A stretch of 64,000 nucleotides of DNA from Candidatus Poribacteria bacterium (GTDB taxonomy: Bacteria; Poribacteria; WGA-4E; WGA-3G). A model generated the notes under the pieces. That model saw only the letters and a program-made list of their open reading frames with translations. It did not search any database and was not told the DNA's origin. Within the stretch, counting starts at the first letter, position 1. Each line of letters starts with the position of its first letter. A program made the translations under genes and the position numbers. Location of the stretch: NCBI GenBank assembly GCA_965214095.1, contig OZ243938.1:2304001-2368000 (forward strand). Direction: 5' to 3'. Shown piece by piece: positions 41,654 through 51,850 of this stretch.

Positions 41654-42775
41654 ATGTCCATCTACAAACGTTTAGGCATCCGAACAGTAATCAACGGTAA
41701 TGCGACTTTAACACGTCTCGGTGGGTCTATTATGCCACCTGAAGTCATTGAAGCAATGACCGAGGCATCAAAGCATTTTGTAGACATCATTGAACTCCAA
41801 AAAAGCATCGGTGAAGAGATAGCAAAACTCACCCACAACGAAGCTGCTTATGTCTCCAACGGTGCGGCGGCAGCCTTAACGCTTAGCACGGCAGCGTGTA
41901 TCACTGGACTTGACGCAACCAAACGTGCAAAACTACCACACCTTGACAACACAATGAAAAATGAAGTCATCGTGCATCGCCACGGTAGAGTAGGATACGA
42001 TTTTGCGGTGCGGCAGGTCGGTGTGGAATTCGTTGAAATAGGAGATGAAAACGGCACAACTCCTGACGAACTTGAAAACGCTATCACCGCCAAGACCGCT
42101 GCTATCTTCTACTTCGCAAATCCTGGCAGAGAACACCTGTGGGTGTCTTATCAAGAAGGGATTGACATTGCAAAAAGGCACGGTGTCCCATTGATTGTGG
42201 ATGCAGCTGCCCAGTTACCTCCTCCAGAAAACCTGTGGCGTTTTACAGAAATGGGAGCAGATTTGGCAATGTTTAGCGGTGGAAAAGGGTTGTGTGGTCC
42301 ACAAAGTAGCGGGTTGATCGTCGGTACAAAATCGTTGATAGACGCAATTGCATTCAACGGTCCACCCCATCCCTTCATCGGCAGAGGAATGAAGGTCGGC
42401 AAAGAAGAGATGGTTGGATTGTTGGCAGCGGTGGAATGGTATCTGAATCAGGATCATGACCAGTTAATGCAATCCTACGAAGACCAGGTTACTTACTACA
42501 CTGAAGAATTTAAAGACATCCACGGCATTACGGTGCATCGTAGTTTCCCATCTGAAGCGGGACAACCGATGCCACGAACAGAAATCCGATTTGACGCAGA
42601 ACTACTCGACATTACTCGCAATGACATTCTACATCAACTACAAATAGGTGAACCTGCGATAGATATTGCTGCCGCTGGAGCAAACGGTGTCCTCATCAAT
42701 GGACAGACGCTGATGCAAGGAGAAGTAGAAATCATTGCACATAGAATAAAGGAGATACTCAATAAAACAACATGA
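41654..42775 (+). CDS. SelA/DgaE-like PLP-dependent enzyme
   Basis: INGNATLTRLGGS, VDAAAQ, FSGGKGLCGPQ, RGMKVGKEE. Confidence 0.85.
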   Translation: MSIYKRLGIRTVINGNATLTRLGGSIMPPEVIEAMTEASKHFVDIIELQKSIGEEIAKLTHNEAAYVSNGAAAALTLSTAACITGLDATKRAKLPHLDNTMKNEVIVHRHGRVGYDFAVRQVGVEFVEIGDENGTTPDELENAITAKTAAIFYFANPGREHLWVSYQEGIDIAKRHGVPLIVDAAAQLPPPENLWRFTEMGADLAMFSGGKGLCGPQSSGLIVGTKSLIDAIAFNGPPHPFIGRGMKVGKEEMVGLLAAVEWYLNQDHDQLMQSYEDQVTYYTEEFKDIHGITVHRSFPSEAGQPMPRTEIRFDAELLDITRNDILHQLQIGEPAIDIAAAGANGVLINGQTLMQGEVEIIAHRIKEILNKTT

Positions 42776-43482
42776 AACTTAACAACGGTATACGAATGAC
42801 ATGGCTCGGACATGCCACGTTTAAATTTGAAACCGAAGGAAATACCTTCTTACTTGACCCGTGGGTTGATAGCAACCCCGCATGTCCCGATGAACTCAAG
42901 ACCTTTGATAACCTTGATGTGATGTATATCACACACGGACATTGGGATCACATGGAAGATGCTGTCCCAATTGCGAAAAAACATACTCCCACAGTAGTTG
43001 CTATGATTGAAGTTGCAAAATATCTTGAAAGCAAAGGTGTGGAAAACACAATCGGCATGAATAAGGGTGGTACCGTATCAGTAAATGGTGTGAAAGCAAC
43101 GATGGTCCCAGCAAGCCATAGCAGTAGTACTATAGAGGCAGATGGCACCATTGTCTATCTCGGTGAATCTACGGGGTTTGTCCTTGAGTTTGCAAACGGC
43201 TATAAAATATATCACGCGGGGGATACATGTGTGTTCGGTGATATGCGAATTATTGGTGAGATTTACCAACCTGATTTAGCACTGCTTCCTATTGGCGGAC
43301 ATTTCACTATGGATCCACGTGAAGCTGCTTATGCCGCACAATTGCTCAATGTCCCTGCTATTATGCCTATGCATTACAGCACATTTCCACTGTTGACGGG
43401 AACGGTTGAAGAATTCCGTGAATTGACAGCATCCTTAGATGTGGAGATTGTTGAATTAGATGTAGGAGATACTTTAGATTAA
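42772..43482 (+). CDS. Metallo-beta-lactamase-fold metal-dependent hydrolase
   Basis: WLGHA, THGHWDH, YHAGDT, PMHY; ATGA overlap with the upstream gene. Confidence 0.9.
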   Translation: MKLNNGIRMTWLGHATFKFETEGNTFLLDPWVDSNPACPDELKTFDNLDVMYITHGHWDHMEDAVPIAKKHTPTVVAMIEVAKYLESKGVENTIGMNKGGTVSVNGVKATMVPASHSSSTIEADGTIVYLGESTGFVLEFANGYKIYHAGDTCVFGDMRIIGEIYQPDLALLPIGGHFTMDPREAAYAAQLLNVPAIMPMHYSTFPLLTGTVEEFRELTASLDVEIVELDVGDTLD

Positions 43483-44388
43483 GGTTTCTCGGTAGGGACC
43501 GTGTAGTCCAAAAGTATAAGTAGTTCTTAGTAATTCCTGCGGATTGCCTGTGTCAAATCGACTACCTGCAACTCTGTAGCCATACATGCCTTCTTGTTTA
43601 ACCATTTCTGCCATTGCATCCCGAAGTTGTATCTCCCCGTGTGTCAAAATCTGATTACGGTAGTTGTAATCCAGTATGTCAAACAGAAGTGGCGTGAGTA
43701 GGTCAATCCCAAAGTGGCAGAGATATTGATTCGTTTCCTCTTCATCCCATACGCCAACAACCCGCATGTGTTCTCGGGCAAAATCAACGGTAGGTTTCTC
43801 TGTAATTCGGTTTAATATATAAAGATTGGGATTGTCAGGTGTGCTACTCCCCTGTACAATGCCGTTCAGAGAGAGTTCGCTTTCATCACACACATCCAGA
43901 CTGGTAACAGATTTGCCTACTGCAGCAAAGACATCAACCAGTTGTTTGGCACATGTCTCATCCGTATCTGATATATACAGATGGTCTCCGAGCAGAATCA
44001 TGACAGGTTCGTCTGCAGCAAAATCTTTCGCACAATAGATCGCATGTCCGAACCCTTGCGGTTCCGCTTGGATTGCAAACTGCAGACGTTCTCCGATCTC
44101 AATCAACTTATCAACTTGCACTGACAGATCTGTCTTTTCGCGAATAGCATCCGGCACATCGCCAGAAAAATAGTCGGTAATCGGTTCAACCTGATGCGGT
44201 TGCGCGACGAGACACACCTCTTCCGCGCCAGCAGTTAACGCTTCCTCAATTATCAACTGAATGATCGGTTTTGCAAGACCATCCTGTGCGATAATCGGAA
44301 ATAGTGCCTTCGGCACGGCTTTCGTTGCGGGGAAGAGGCGTGTTCCGTATCCAGCGATAGGAATAATCGCCTTTTGTATTGTTTGCAT
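43474..44388 (-). CDS. Sugar-phosphate nucleotidyltransferase (GalU-like)
   Basis: PIAGYGTRLFPATKAVPK, GFGHA, LGD, EKP. Confidence 0.85.
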   Translation of the reverse strand: MQTIQKAIIPIAGYGTRLFPATKAVPKALFPIIAQDGLAKPIIQLIIEEALTAGAEEVCLVAQPHQVEPITDYFSGDVPDAIREKTDLSVQVDKLIEIGERLQFAIQAEPQGFGHAIYCAKDFAADEPVMILLGDHLYISDTDETCAKQLVDVFAAVGKSVTSLDVCDESELSLNGIVQGSSTPDNPNLYILNRITEKPTVDFAREHMRVVGVWDEEETNQYLCHFGIDLLTPLLFDILDYNYRNQILTHGEIQLRDAMAEMVKQEGMYGYRVAGSRFDTGNPQELLRTTYTFGLHGPYRETLI

Positions 44389-44418
44389 CAGGTTTCACAT
44401 TGTATAATCGACAACTTC

Positions 44419-45276
44419 TTATTCGGAGGCTTTGATTTTTCCCCACTTTGTCGTGATTTTTCCAGCAGCTTCAACTTCAAAAGCACCATCAATTCCATTA
44501 CTGAGAGTCTTAACATCATCCTCAGAGAGTGGCACATTAAACATGACGATCTCATCAATGATTCCACCAAAATGACACCTACCCTTACCAGCATTACAAC
44601 CTGTATCCATTCCGATATAGACCGGTTCAGGAGAATCCCACGGTTGTCCTACAGCGTTTGCACTGTTTTGTAATTCACCATTAACATAGATATAGATTTT
44701 CGTTCCATCCCATACACCTACAAGGTGAATCCACTCATTTATGGGTAGTGGTTCTCCGAGTGCTTCATGTTTTTCGGGTGCGCTTCTCAAACGATAATGA
44801 AACGATGCTTGATTAATTCTCCCACCAGGGTTTTCATGCGCACCGGTGCCAAGTAGGTATTGTGACCAACTTGAACACCCAATTCCTTTCCAAACAACAC
44901 ATTTTCCTTCGGGTGGTATCGTTGCAAAAATCCAGGCATGTATTGAGAAACCTTCGGAGTCTTTGAAATTTAACGCTGCCAAACTATCAGCATCGCCTTT
45001 GGTACCGATCCGAATATGGTTTTGTGCATCAACACCGCTGAACTCTATACCACCACCGAATTTAGCGTCTACCCACTTGAGATCACCAGTGATGACACCA
45101 TCACTACCGTTTCCAGAAAGGTCTTTAACAGTATCTCCGTTTCCTTCTTCAAATGTCCACATTCCTTGTATTGTCCCTGGCGCAAATCTTGCATCACTTG
45201 TAGGTATCAAGATGATACTAAGCATTATCATAACAATTAGGATAGAAGCATATTTAACTAACTTTAACACAGACAT
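44419..45276 (-). CDS. Secreted LamG-like protein with KITTKWGKIK tail
   Basis: GGAGG RBS; MWTFEE, WIHLVGVWD, GIIDEI. Confidence 0.85.
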   Translation of the reverse strand: MSVLKLVKYASILIVMIMLSIILIPTSDARFAPGTIQGMWTFEEGNGDTVKDLSGNGSDGVITGDLKWVDAKFGGGIEFSGVDAQNHIRIGTKGDADSLAALNFKDSEGFSIHAWIFATIPPEGKCVVWKGIGCSSWSQYLLGTGAHENPGGRINQASFHYRLRSAPEKHEALGEPLPINEWIHLVGVWDGTKIYIYVNGELQNSANAVGQPWDSPEPVYIGMDTGCNAGKGRCHFGGIIDEIVMFNVPLSEDDVKTLSNGIDGAFEVEAAGKITTKWGKIKASE

Positions 45277-45464
45277 ATTTCCTCCTATCAGACAAATTTT
45301 ATTTGATACTGTAATCCAACAAAGCGTATTCAATTTATAGCGATTGGATTAATCGTGTCTGAAATTGGTTGAATATCTAATAAGAATGCGATATCCAGCA
45401 TTCTATTGCAGACATCGCATTCCCGAATACCTACATAAGTATAGGCAACATTTGTTGCTTTGTT

Positions 45465-46313
45465 CTATTTTGCAGCTTTAAGTCTACCCCACGTTGTCGT
45501 AGTTTTTCCAGCTGCATCAACCGCTAATGCACCTTCAATACCATTACCCAGTGATTTTACATCACCTTCAGAAAGTGGGACATTGAAGATTACGATTTCA
45601 TCCATAATACCGTTCCAATGGCAACGTCCGTTACCGTTACCACAGCCAGGATCAGCTCCTATAACAACTGTTTCAGGTGAAGCCCATGGTGGACCTGCTG
45701 CGTCCGCACTGCCTTGCAGTTCACCGTTAACATAGACGTAGAGTTTCGCGCCATCCCAAACACCTACGAGGTGAATCCACTCTTTGGCAGGAAGCGGTTC
45801 TCCGAGTGCCTCTTGTCTTGCACCACCATTTCCGGCACGGATATGAAATGATGCATTAGCAGAATTTGCCCCATTTTCATGTGCTCCGGTTCCAAGTAGA
45901 TACTGTGACCAACTTGAACATCCAAGTCCTTTCCATATTACACATTTGCCGTTTGGTACTTCTGCCGCCCAAACCCATGCATGGATAGAAAACCCTTCAG
46001 AGTCTTTAAAATCTAAAGCAGCTAACGAGTCAGCATCACCTTTTGTGCCAATCTGGACAAAATTTTGTGCGGCAGCACCGCTAAACTCCAATCCACCACC
46101 GAATTTACCATCTGCCCATTTGAGATCACCGACAAAAGTCCCATCACTTCCATTACCTGAAAGGTCTGTTACAGTATCACCGTTACCTTCTTCAAACGTC
46201 CACATACCTTGAATTGTATCTTCATCAATATTAGCATCCGTCACGTTTACATACAACATAGCGGTAAGTAACAGACTGAGGATACATATCACCTTTAGAA
46301 CTTTCGTAATCAC
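45465..46313 (-). CDS. Secreted LamG-like protein, tandem paralogue, KTTTTWGRLK tail
   Basis: Highly similar to 44419-45276. Confidence 0.85.
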   Translation of the reverse strand: MITKVLKVICILSLLLTAMLYVNVTDANIDEDTIQGMWTFEEGNGDTVTDLSGNGSDGTFVGDLKWADGKFGGGLEFSGAAAQNFVQIGTKGDADSLAALDFKDSEGFSIHAWVWAAEVPNGKCVIWKGLGCSSWSQYLLGTGAHENGANSANASFHIRAGNGGARQEALGEPLPAKEWIHLVGVWDGAKLYVYVNGELQGSADAAGPPWASPETVVIGADPGCGNGNGRCHWNGIMDEIVIFNVPLSEGDVKSLGNGIEGALAVDAAGKTTTTWGRLKAAK

Positions 46314-46554
46314 TATTATTCTCCTTTATTCTTTTACACCAGATAGGTTCAAACAACCTGTCTGATGACGGTTTATATTTAGTGCTTTAGACTATCAGAA
46401 GTCCAAATAATTTGCGTCAGTGTAACATGTTTTCGAAGATTTGTCAAATAGTTTCTTACTGACAGCAGGGATATTTAATTTTAGGATGTTCTGATGTATT
46501 TCATGACAAACGTTAATTGACTTGAGATACGATTTTGCTTGTGAGTGCGACATG

Positions 46555-46665
46555 GTAGTAGGCACGCTCCGCGTGCCGTCCAAACGTGAAAGGGTTACGG
46601 TACACCAAATCAACGGTATGAATCATGGCGCATGCTTCTTAGGCATTCCCCGGAGTGTGCCTACA
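46555..46665. repeat. Second REP class (GTAGGCACGCTCCGCGTGCC), degenerate doublet
   Basis: The same hairpin occurs inside the MITEs at 55889 and 57684. Confidence 0.6.
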
Positions 46666-46761
46666 GCCATTCATCACTACGACCCAGACATAACTCTTAG
46701 TAAAACTCATCAACTGGCAAATTATAAAACAAAATAACCCTGTATTGACCTCAGGGTTATT

Positions 46762-46864
46762 TATGGTGAAGCATAAAATTATATCTACTCTTTCTATCAA
46801 CGGTAGGCGAGGTTTCCTGACCTCACCTCAGTAATTTGTAGAATCAATTCAATAATTTACCATA
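46762..46864. mobile_element. TATGGT...ACCATA MITE with REP
   Basis: Closely similar to 18351-18453. Confidence 0.75.
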
Positions 46865-47008
46865 GTTTTAGGGTTTTTGTTGAGTCTTTTTCACAAATGC
46901 TAAATTCCCCAAGCCGGTAGGTGCGGTTTCCTAACCGCACCGGATTTGTGCTAGACACCTTTCATAATAGGTCTTCTCACAGGTTTCGGTGCGGTTAGGA
47001 AACCGCAC

Positions 47009-48496
47009 CATAAGCGTCAATTTAGTGATTTTTTGCTGCATTTTCAAGGTGTTCTAATGTTGTGTCTCTATTAGCACGTCTCTCAATGTAGCACCCATTT
47101 TGGAAAGCGTGTTTTATTTCATCAAAAGTTTGCCGAAAAGACATTATAGACTTGCGGAAACCTATTGCAAGTGTGCGTGCGAAGGTGCTAATAAGTTCTG
47201 CTGTTTTTGTTAGACTATGTTTTAGACATCGCCAACCGACCCTTAACATGATCCAGTGCCGCATAATTGCGACGATGAGTTTTGCATATAACTCACATAA
47301 GATTCTATATGGCTTGTCGCTACGGGAGGTATCAACTTTTCCAATGCTTTTGAAGCACTTGAACATCAACTCAACCTGCCATCGGATGCGTGCGACAGCA
47401 CAAATCTGTTCAGCAGTCAGATGGTCTACTTTTATATTAGTAATGTAGATATTCCATCTTGCGAGCTGAAGTCGTTTGGGTGAAGGTTTCGTATACTTCC
47501 GCTTTGCACGATGTTTTATCTCCTTAATACGCTGTTGGGTTTCTGTTTCTGAAAGTCTTTGAACAACTAATCGTGCTTTGAGACGCTTGTTTTTACCTAT
47601 AAAGATTTGTTTGTCCTTGAAGTTATTAGAACCCTTCTTGAGCCATTTTAGCAAGCAAAAAGGGGCACCTGTTTCATCATAGAGAAAACACTGGACTTTG
47701 TAGCGTGATATCCAAAAGACGTTTGCATCGGAAAGTCTTTTGAAGGTATCAAGTGAATAATAGCCGAGGTCTGCGAGGCGCAAACTGCCGGCGGGTAGCA
47801 TGTCAATCTGCTTTTCAATAGCACTATCAGCGGTGATACCATTGGTCAGTTCAAAGTGTTCAAAAGTGCCTGTGGCACTATCAAAACGCAGGTGGAGTTT
47901 CACGGCAGCTGTGTTCGGTTTATTCTTTTTGCTTCCACCTTCCCAAGTTTCGTGGAGCACATCAGGGAGTGTAATCCAAGAACTATCTTGTAAATAGACA
48001 CCAGTGAACTTTTCAAGGAGCGGAAGCGTTTGCGGGTCGGCAGAAATAACCTTGGACGCAGTAGCATCAAGGATAACTTTCAGGGTCTCTGCTGCTTCAG
48101 ATGTAAATCGTTGTTCAATGGCTTGTCGTGAGATTGAAATCCCCAGCACACCAGCGGTTTGCGCAAGTTGTGTATAGGTGGCATCTGGGTTTTCTAACCA
48201 AGTCCAAATGAGTATTTGAGCAAAACGACTACCGTTGAGTTTACAACTTCTTTTGACAAAACCTGTATTGAGAGCTGCATCATTGGCTATAGTTGTAAGA
48301 ATATGTTGCATTTCTTTGGGAACTTGTGATAATGTATTCATTAGGAAACACCTCTTTGTAGACCATAATAAATCTATATCTACATTATATATGAGGTGTT
48401 TTCATTTTTACAGAAGTTTTATTTCATAATTTATACTTCCTCTGATTAAAAGTTGACACTTATCGGTCTTGGTGCATCCTTAAATTGACGCCTATG
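47009..48496 (-). mobile_element. IS4-family insertion sequence, copy 1 (1488 bp)
   Basis: TIRs CATAAGCGTCAATTTA / TAAATTGACGCCTATG; 20-bp direct repeat GTGCGGTTAGGAAACCGCAC on both sides. Confidence 0.92.
47022..48341 (-). CDS. IS4-family DDE transposase
   Basis: LQDSS, LADLGY, RWQVELMFKCFK. Confidence 0.92.
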   Translation of the reverse strand: MNTLSQVPKEMQHILTTIANDAALNTGFVKRSCKLNGSRFAQILIWTWLENPDATYTQLAQTAGVLGISISRQAIEQRFTSEAAETLKVILDATASKVISADPQTLPLLEKFTGVYLQDSSWITLPDVLHETWEGGSKKNKPNTAAVKLHLRFDSATGTFEHFELTNGITADSAIEKQIDMLPAGSLRLADLGYYSLDTFKRLSDANVFWISRYKVQCFLYDETGAPFCLLKWLKKGSNNFKDKQIFIGKNKRLKARLVVQRLSETETQQRIKEIKHRAKRKYTKPSPKRLQLARWNIYITNIKVDHLTAEQICAVARIRWQVELMFKCFKSIGKVDTSRSDKPYRILCELYAKLIVAIMRHWIMLRVGWRCLKHSLTKTAELISTFARTLAIGFRKSIMSFRQTFDEIKHAFQNGCYIERRANRDTTLEHLENAAKNH

Positions 48497-48656
48497 GTGC
48501 GGTTAGGAAACCGCACCTACCGGTGAGAGTTGAGCCATAATGTTTGATGAAACCATCGTAAAAGCCTATCTTAGACATAACCGATATCATTAAAAACTTT
48601 TATCCTGATAATTATATAATTCTATAAATCCTTGGGCAGACTACAGTAGCACAATA

Positions 48657-49289
48657 CTACTCAGATTTTCGTTCCAAACTCAATTTCTGACCATTAGTAG
48701 AGAGCCTTAACTCATCTCCTTCAAGGCTCCAGGTATACTCAGTACCCGCCTTAAACAGCGCACCGGTAGCAGTCGGAGCAAAACCTTTTTGCGTTTCTGC
48801 TGCCAAATCCATTTCAAGCTCTTCTACTGTTTTACCTACAATTTGTTGTTGCCACACCTCTTCCGGTTCAAGTGCCACAACCACATCCACTGACAAATCA
48901 TGTGTCGCAATTGATAGCATGGATTCATCCGCGGTATACGTCCCTTCCGATGATATCGTGATCTCCTGTGTCATTGAAGACTCAGATTCAGGATATTTCT
49001 CTGTCAGAACAAACTCCAACGCCCCTGTGAACGTGTCGTCGGCATTGAAAGTCCAGCTGTTCCCACCGACCATGAATTCCGTTTCGAATTCCGGTTCTGG
49101 GTCCGCAGGCGTAAACAGTTGATCAAACATCAGACCATTCACTGTTGCAACCTGCCAAGTTGAATCAACGAAATCTGGAGTAATTACCATTTGATCATCT
49201 TTATCATCATCATCTTCACCGCAACCAATCAAAGAAATAATAAGCAAAGCAGTGAAGCATATAATCGTAAACCTAAAAATAGGTTTCAT
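48657..49289 (-). CDS. Hypothetical lipoprotein, possibly lipocalin-like
   Basis: LIGC lipobox, acidic linker, beta-rich body. Confidence 0.65.
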   Translation of the reverse strand: MKPIFRFTIICFTALLIISLIGCGEDDDDKDDQMVITPDFVDSTWQVATVNGLMFDQLFTPADPEPEFETEFMVGGNSWTFNADDTFTGALEFVLTEKYPESESSMTQEITISSEGTYTADESMLSIATHDLSVDVVVALEPEEVWQQQIVGKTVEELEMDLAAETQKGFAPTATGALFKAGTEYTWSLEGDELRLSTNGQKLSLERKSE

Positions 49290-49434
49290 AACAAAAACCT
49301 TCCTTTTTTACAATTGTGGTATTGTCTCATGTCAGCAAATCGTATGAAACAATATTCATTTACCTACGTGAATTATCTCTTTTCCTAAGAGTAATCGTTT
49401 TCAGGTAACGTGTATGCATCGATTTGTGTTTACA

Positions 49435-49537
49435 TATAGTGAATTATAAATATAAGTTGACACTTTCACCCTATGGTAGGCGAGGTTTCCTAACCTCGCC
49501 GATGCAGAGTGTTCAAGTAATTTCAAAATCTACTATA
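49435..49537. mobile_element. TATAGT...ACTATA MITE with REP
   Basis: Ends TATAGTGAATT / AATCTACTATA; internal GGTAGGCGAGGTTTCCTAACCTCGCC. Confidence 0.7.
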
Positions 49538-49771
49538 TATCAGTATTTCTGAATAGACCTATGTAATAGACCTTCGTGTTATAAAATCCTACCTACCATT
49601 GAAGGTAAATGAATAATCTAAATATATAATTATTGCATTCTTCACCTTAGTTTTTAGTATAATGTCCAGAGTTATTCAATCCTATACCCTTTCAAAAATT
49701 GTGCAACAATTTCTCTTAAACTCGCGTCATTATATACAAGTGAATTCAGAAACGTTTTACGGAGGCATCCG

Positions 49772-51505
49772 ATGAAAAATGATGATGTTAAGTTGATCCA
49801 ACGCATTCTCGCGGGTGATCAAACTGCTTTTGAGAGTTTGCTTACAAAATATCGGAAGCAGGTCCACGCGCACGCATGGCGGCGGACAGGTGATTTTCAT
49901 ATCGCTGAAGACATTACACAGGAGACTTTCCTGCAAGTTTATCAGAAACTGGAAACTCTTGAAGAACCAACTCAGTTTTCAAGATGGCTCCATGCGATTG
50001 TGAATCGTCTCTGTATTGCGTGGTATCGGAAAAACCATATACACACTGAATCATTTGAAGAAACCGACTACTCAGAGATTGAGATTGATGCATATTCTCG
50101 CTATGTTGCAGCAGAACAGGTGAAAACAACTGCTATAGTGCAAAGTGATGTTGTGCAGGAACTTCTCACTAAGTTAAAGGAAAACGACAGACAAGTTGTC
50201 ACGCTATACTACTTTAAAGAAATGACATATTCTGAGATAGGTTCCTATTTAGGTGTATCAGAAAGTACGATTAAGAGTCGGTTGCACCGTGCTCGCAAAC
50301 GTCTGCAAAAGTATGAGTTCATGATACAAGAAGCGTTAGACATAACAATGGAAGAGGGACATCACTCCCACAGAAAAATAAATGGAGGTATTGGAATGAA
50401 TTTGACATTTGAAAGAGACGACCTTTTATATTCGCTACAAGTGCTGCAGGATATTGGGAATGGAGAGGATACTTCTCCGATTCTCTCAAATATATTTATC
50501 CACGCAGCTGGTGATACTATTGAGTGTATGGCAACAGACACTGAAATCGGTATCAGAATGAAGGTAGAAGGGACAGTTAGAGAAGAAGGGAGAATTGTTG
50601 TTTCTGCCCAGAAGTTAGCAGACATTGTTAATGGGTGGCAATCGGAGAAACCGATAAACTTAATTACGACAGCAACAGATCGCATTGAAATCAGTGGTGG
50701 AAATGGCGTTCACAAAAACGTCAAGATATCCGATGAAGAGTTTCCCAACCTCCTTGCTGTTGATGATAAAGCGATTGCGATTGATGGGGATAGCCTACGT
50801 TCTGTGCTGGACAAAACTAAATATGCAGTTCCCACAGATGAGGAAAAGATCAAGCGTTTACCAAAAGGTCTATACTTTAACCTATTTAATGACAGAACAG
50901 AAGTTGTCGCGACCGACGGATTACAACTTGCCCTTGCCCACTGTGAACCGTTCAACTTATCTGATGATAGCGATGGATTTATCGTTCCACTCAAAGCTGC
51001 CAAAGAAATCGAACGCACATTTGCGAATTCACCTGAGATAAGGATTGCGCGCATTGAAAATCAGATTCTCTTTGCGGATGAACATGTTACGTTGACGACG
51101 AAATTGATAAATACTGAATACCCACAGTATCAACAAATCTTACAAAGTTCTTATGATGGGAGAGTCGTAATAAAGAAAGAGCCTTTTATGAACGTCGTCC
51201 GTGAAATTGCCATGCTTTCAAATCCGAAATACCCGTCGGTATTTTTAGAAATAGATGAACAGAAGATACGGATTTCGCCTAAACTCTCTGCACCGGATGA
51301 GGAATGTGAGACTGTCGCGGTGGATTCATGTGTTGGGAGTGTCAATATCCGTCTGAATTCTCGGATGCTGACAGAGGCATTAGAGCACATTGAAACGGAG
51401 GCTTTTGCTCTAGAGTTCACAAATGCAGTGCTTCCTGTTGTAGTTAAACCTATGGGAAAGGAAGGACATGTTTGTATTTTTGCTCCAATGCGTTTGGATG
51501 CTTGA
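49772..51505 (+). CDS. ECF sigma-70 factor fused to a DNA polymerase III beta-clamp (DnaN) homologue
   Basis: Sigma region 2 (AEDITQETFL, FSRWL) and region 4 (YSEIG..LGVSESTIKSRLHRAR), then 369 aa with PILSNI, ATDTEI, ATDG, YPQY and APMRL. Confidence 0.85.
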   Translation: MKNDDVKLIQRILAGDQTAFESLLTKYRKQVHAHAWRRTGDFHIAEDITQETFLQVYQKLETLEEPTQFSRWLHAIVNRLCIAWYRKNHIHTESFEETDYSEIEIDAYSRYVAAEQVKTTAIVQSDVVQELLTKLKENDRQVVTLYYFKEMTYSEIGSYLGVSESTIKSRLHRARKRLQKYEFMIQEALDITMEEGHHSHRKINGGIGMNLTFERDDLLYSLQVLQDIGNGEDTSPILSNIFIHAAGDTIECMATDTEIGIRMKVEGTVREEGRIVVSAQKLADIVNGWQSEKPINLITTATDRIEISGGNGVHKNVKISDEEFPNLLAVDDKAIAIDGDSLRSVLDKTKYAVPTDEEKIKRLPKGLYFNLFNDRTEVVATDGLQLALAHCEPFNLSDDSDGFIVPLKAAKEIERTFANSPEIRIARIENQILFADEHVTLTTKLINTEYPQYQQILQSSYDGRVVIKKEPFMNVVREIAMLSNPKYPSVFLEIDEQKIRISPKLSAPDEECETVAVDSCVGSVNIRLNSRMLTEALEHIETEAFALEFTNAVLPVVVKPMGKEGHVCIFAPMRLDA

Positions 51506-51850
51506 GTAATAATCTAATCGTATATGCCCTATTTGACAGTTATAGGTTAGTGCTTAGTCAACATTTTATTGTAGTTCGCGATTCGGAGATCGTTCCTACC
51601 GACTGACCATTTATTGTCCGAGGGAACTCCGATTCCCGATTACTCTTATGTCCATCAGTTATAGTAAAAACCATAATTATTTACACACTACGGTAGGTTC
51701 GGTTTCCTAACCGAACCATGGGCGTCAATTTAGTGTAAATTAGGCGTTTTCCCCAGGACGGTAGGTTCGGTTTCCTAACCGAACTGGATCCTATGCGAGA
51801 ACCTCTATGAAGGTATTTGGCACAAAGCCGGTTCGGTTAGGAAACCGAAC

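Noticed and set aside
41654-42775. True selenocysteine synthase selA
   Set aside because: Shorter than SelA, motifs fit DgaE/SelA-like enzymes, and no selB, selD or tRNA-Sec is visible nearby.
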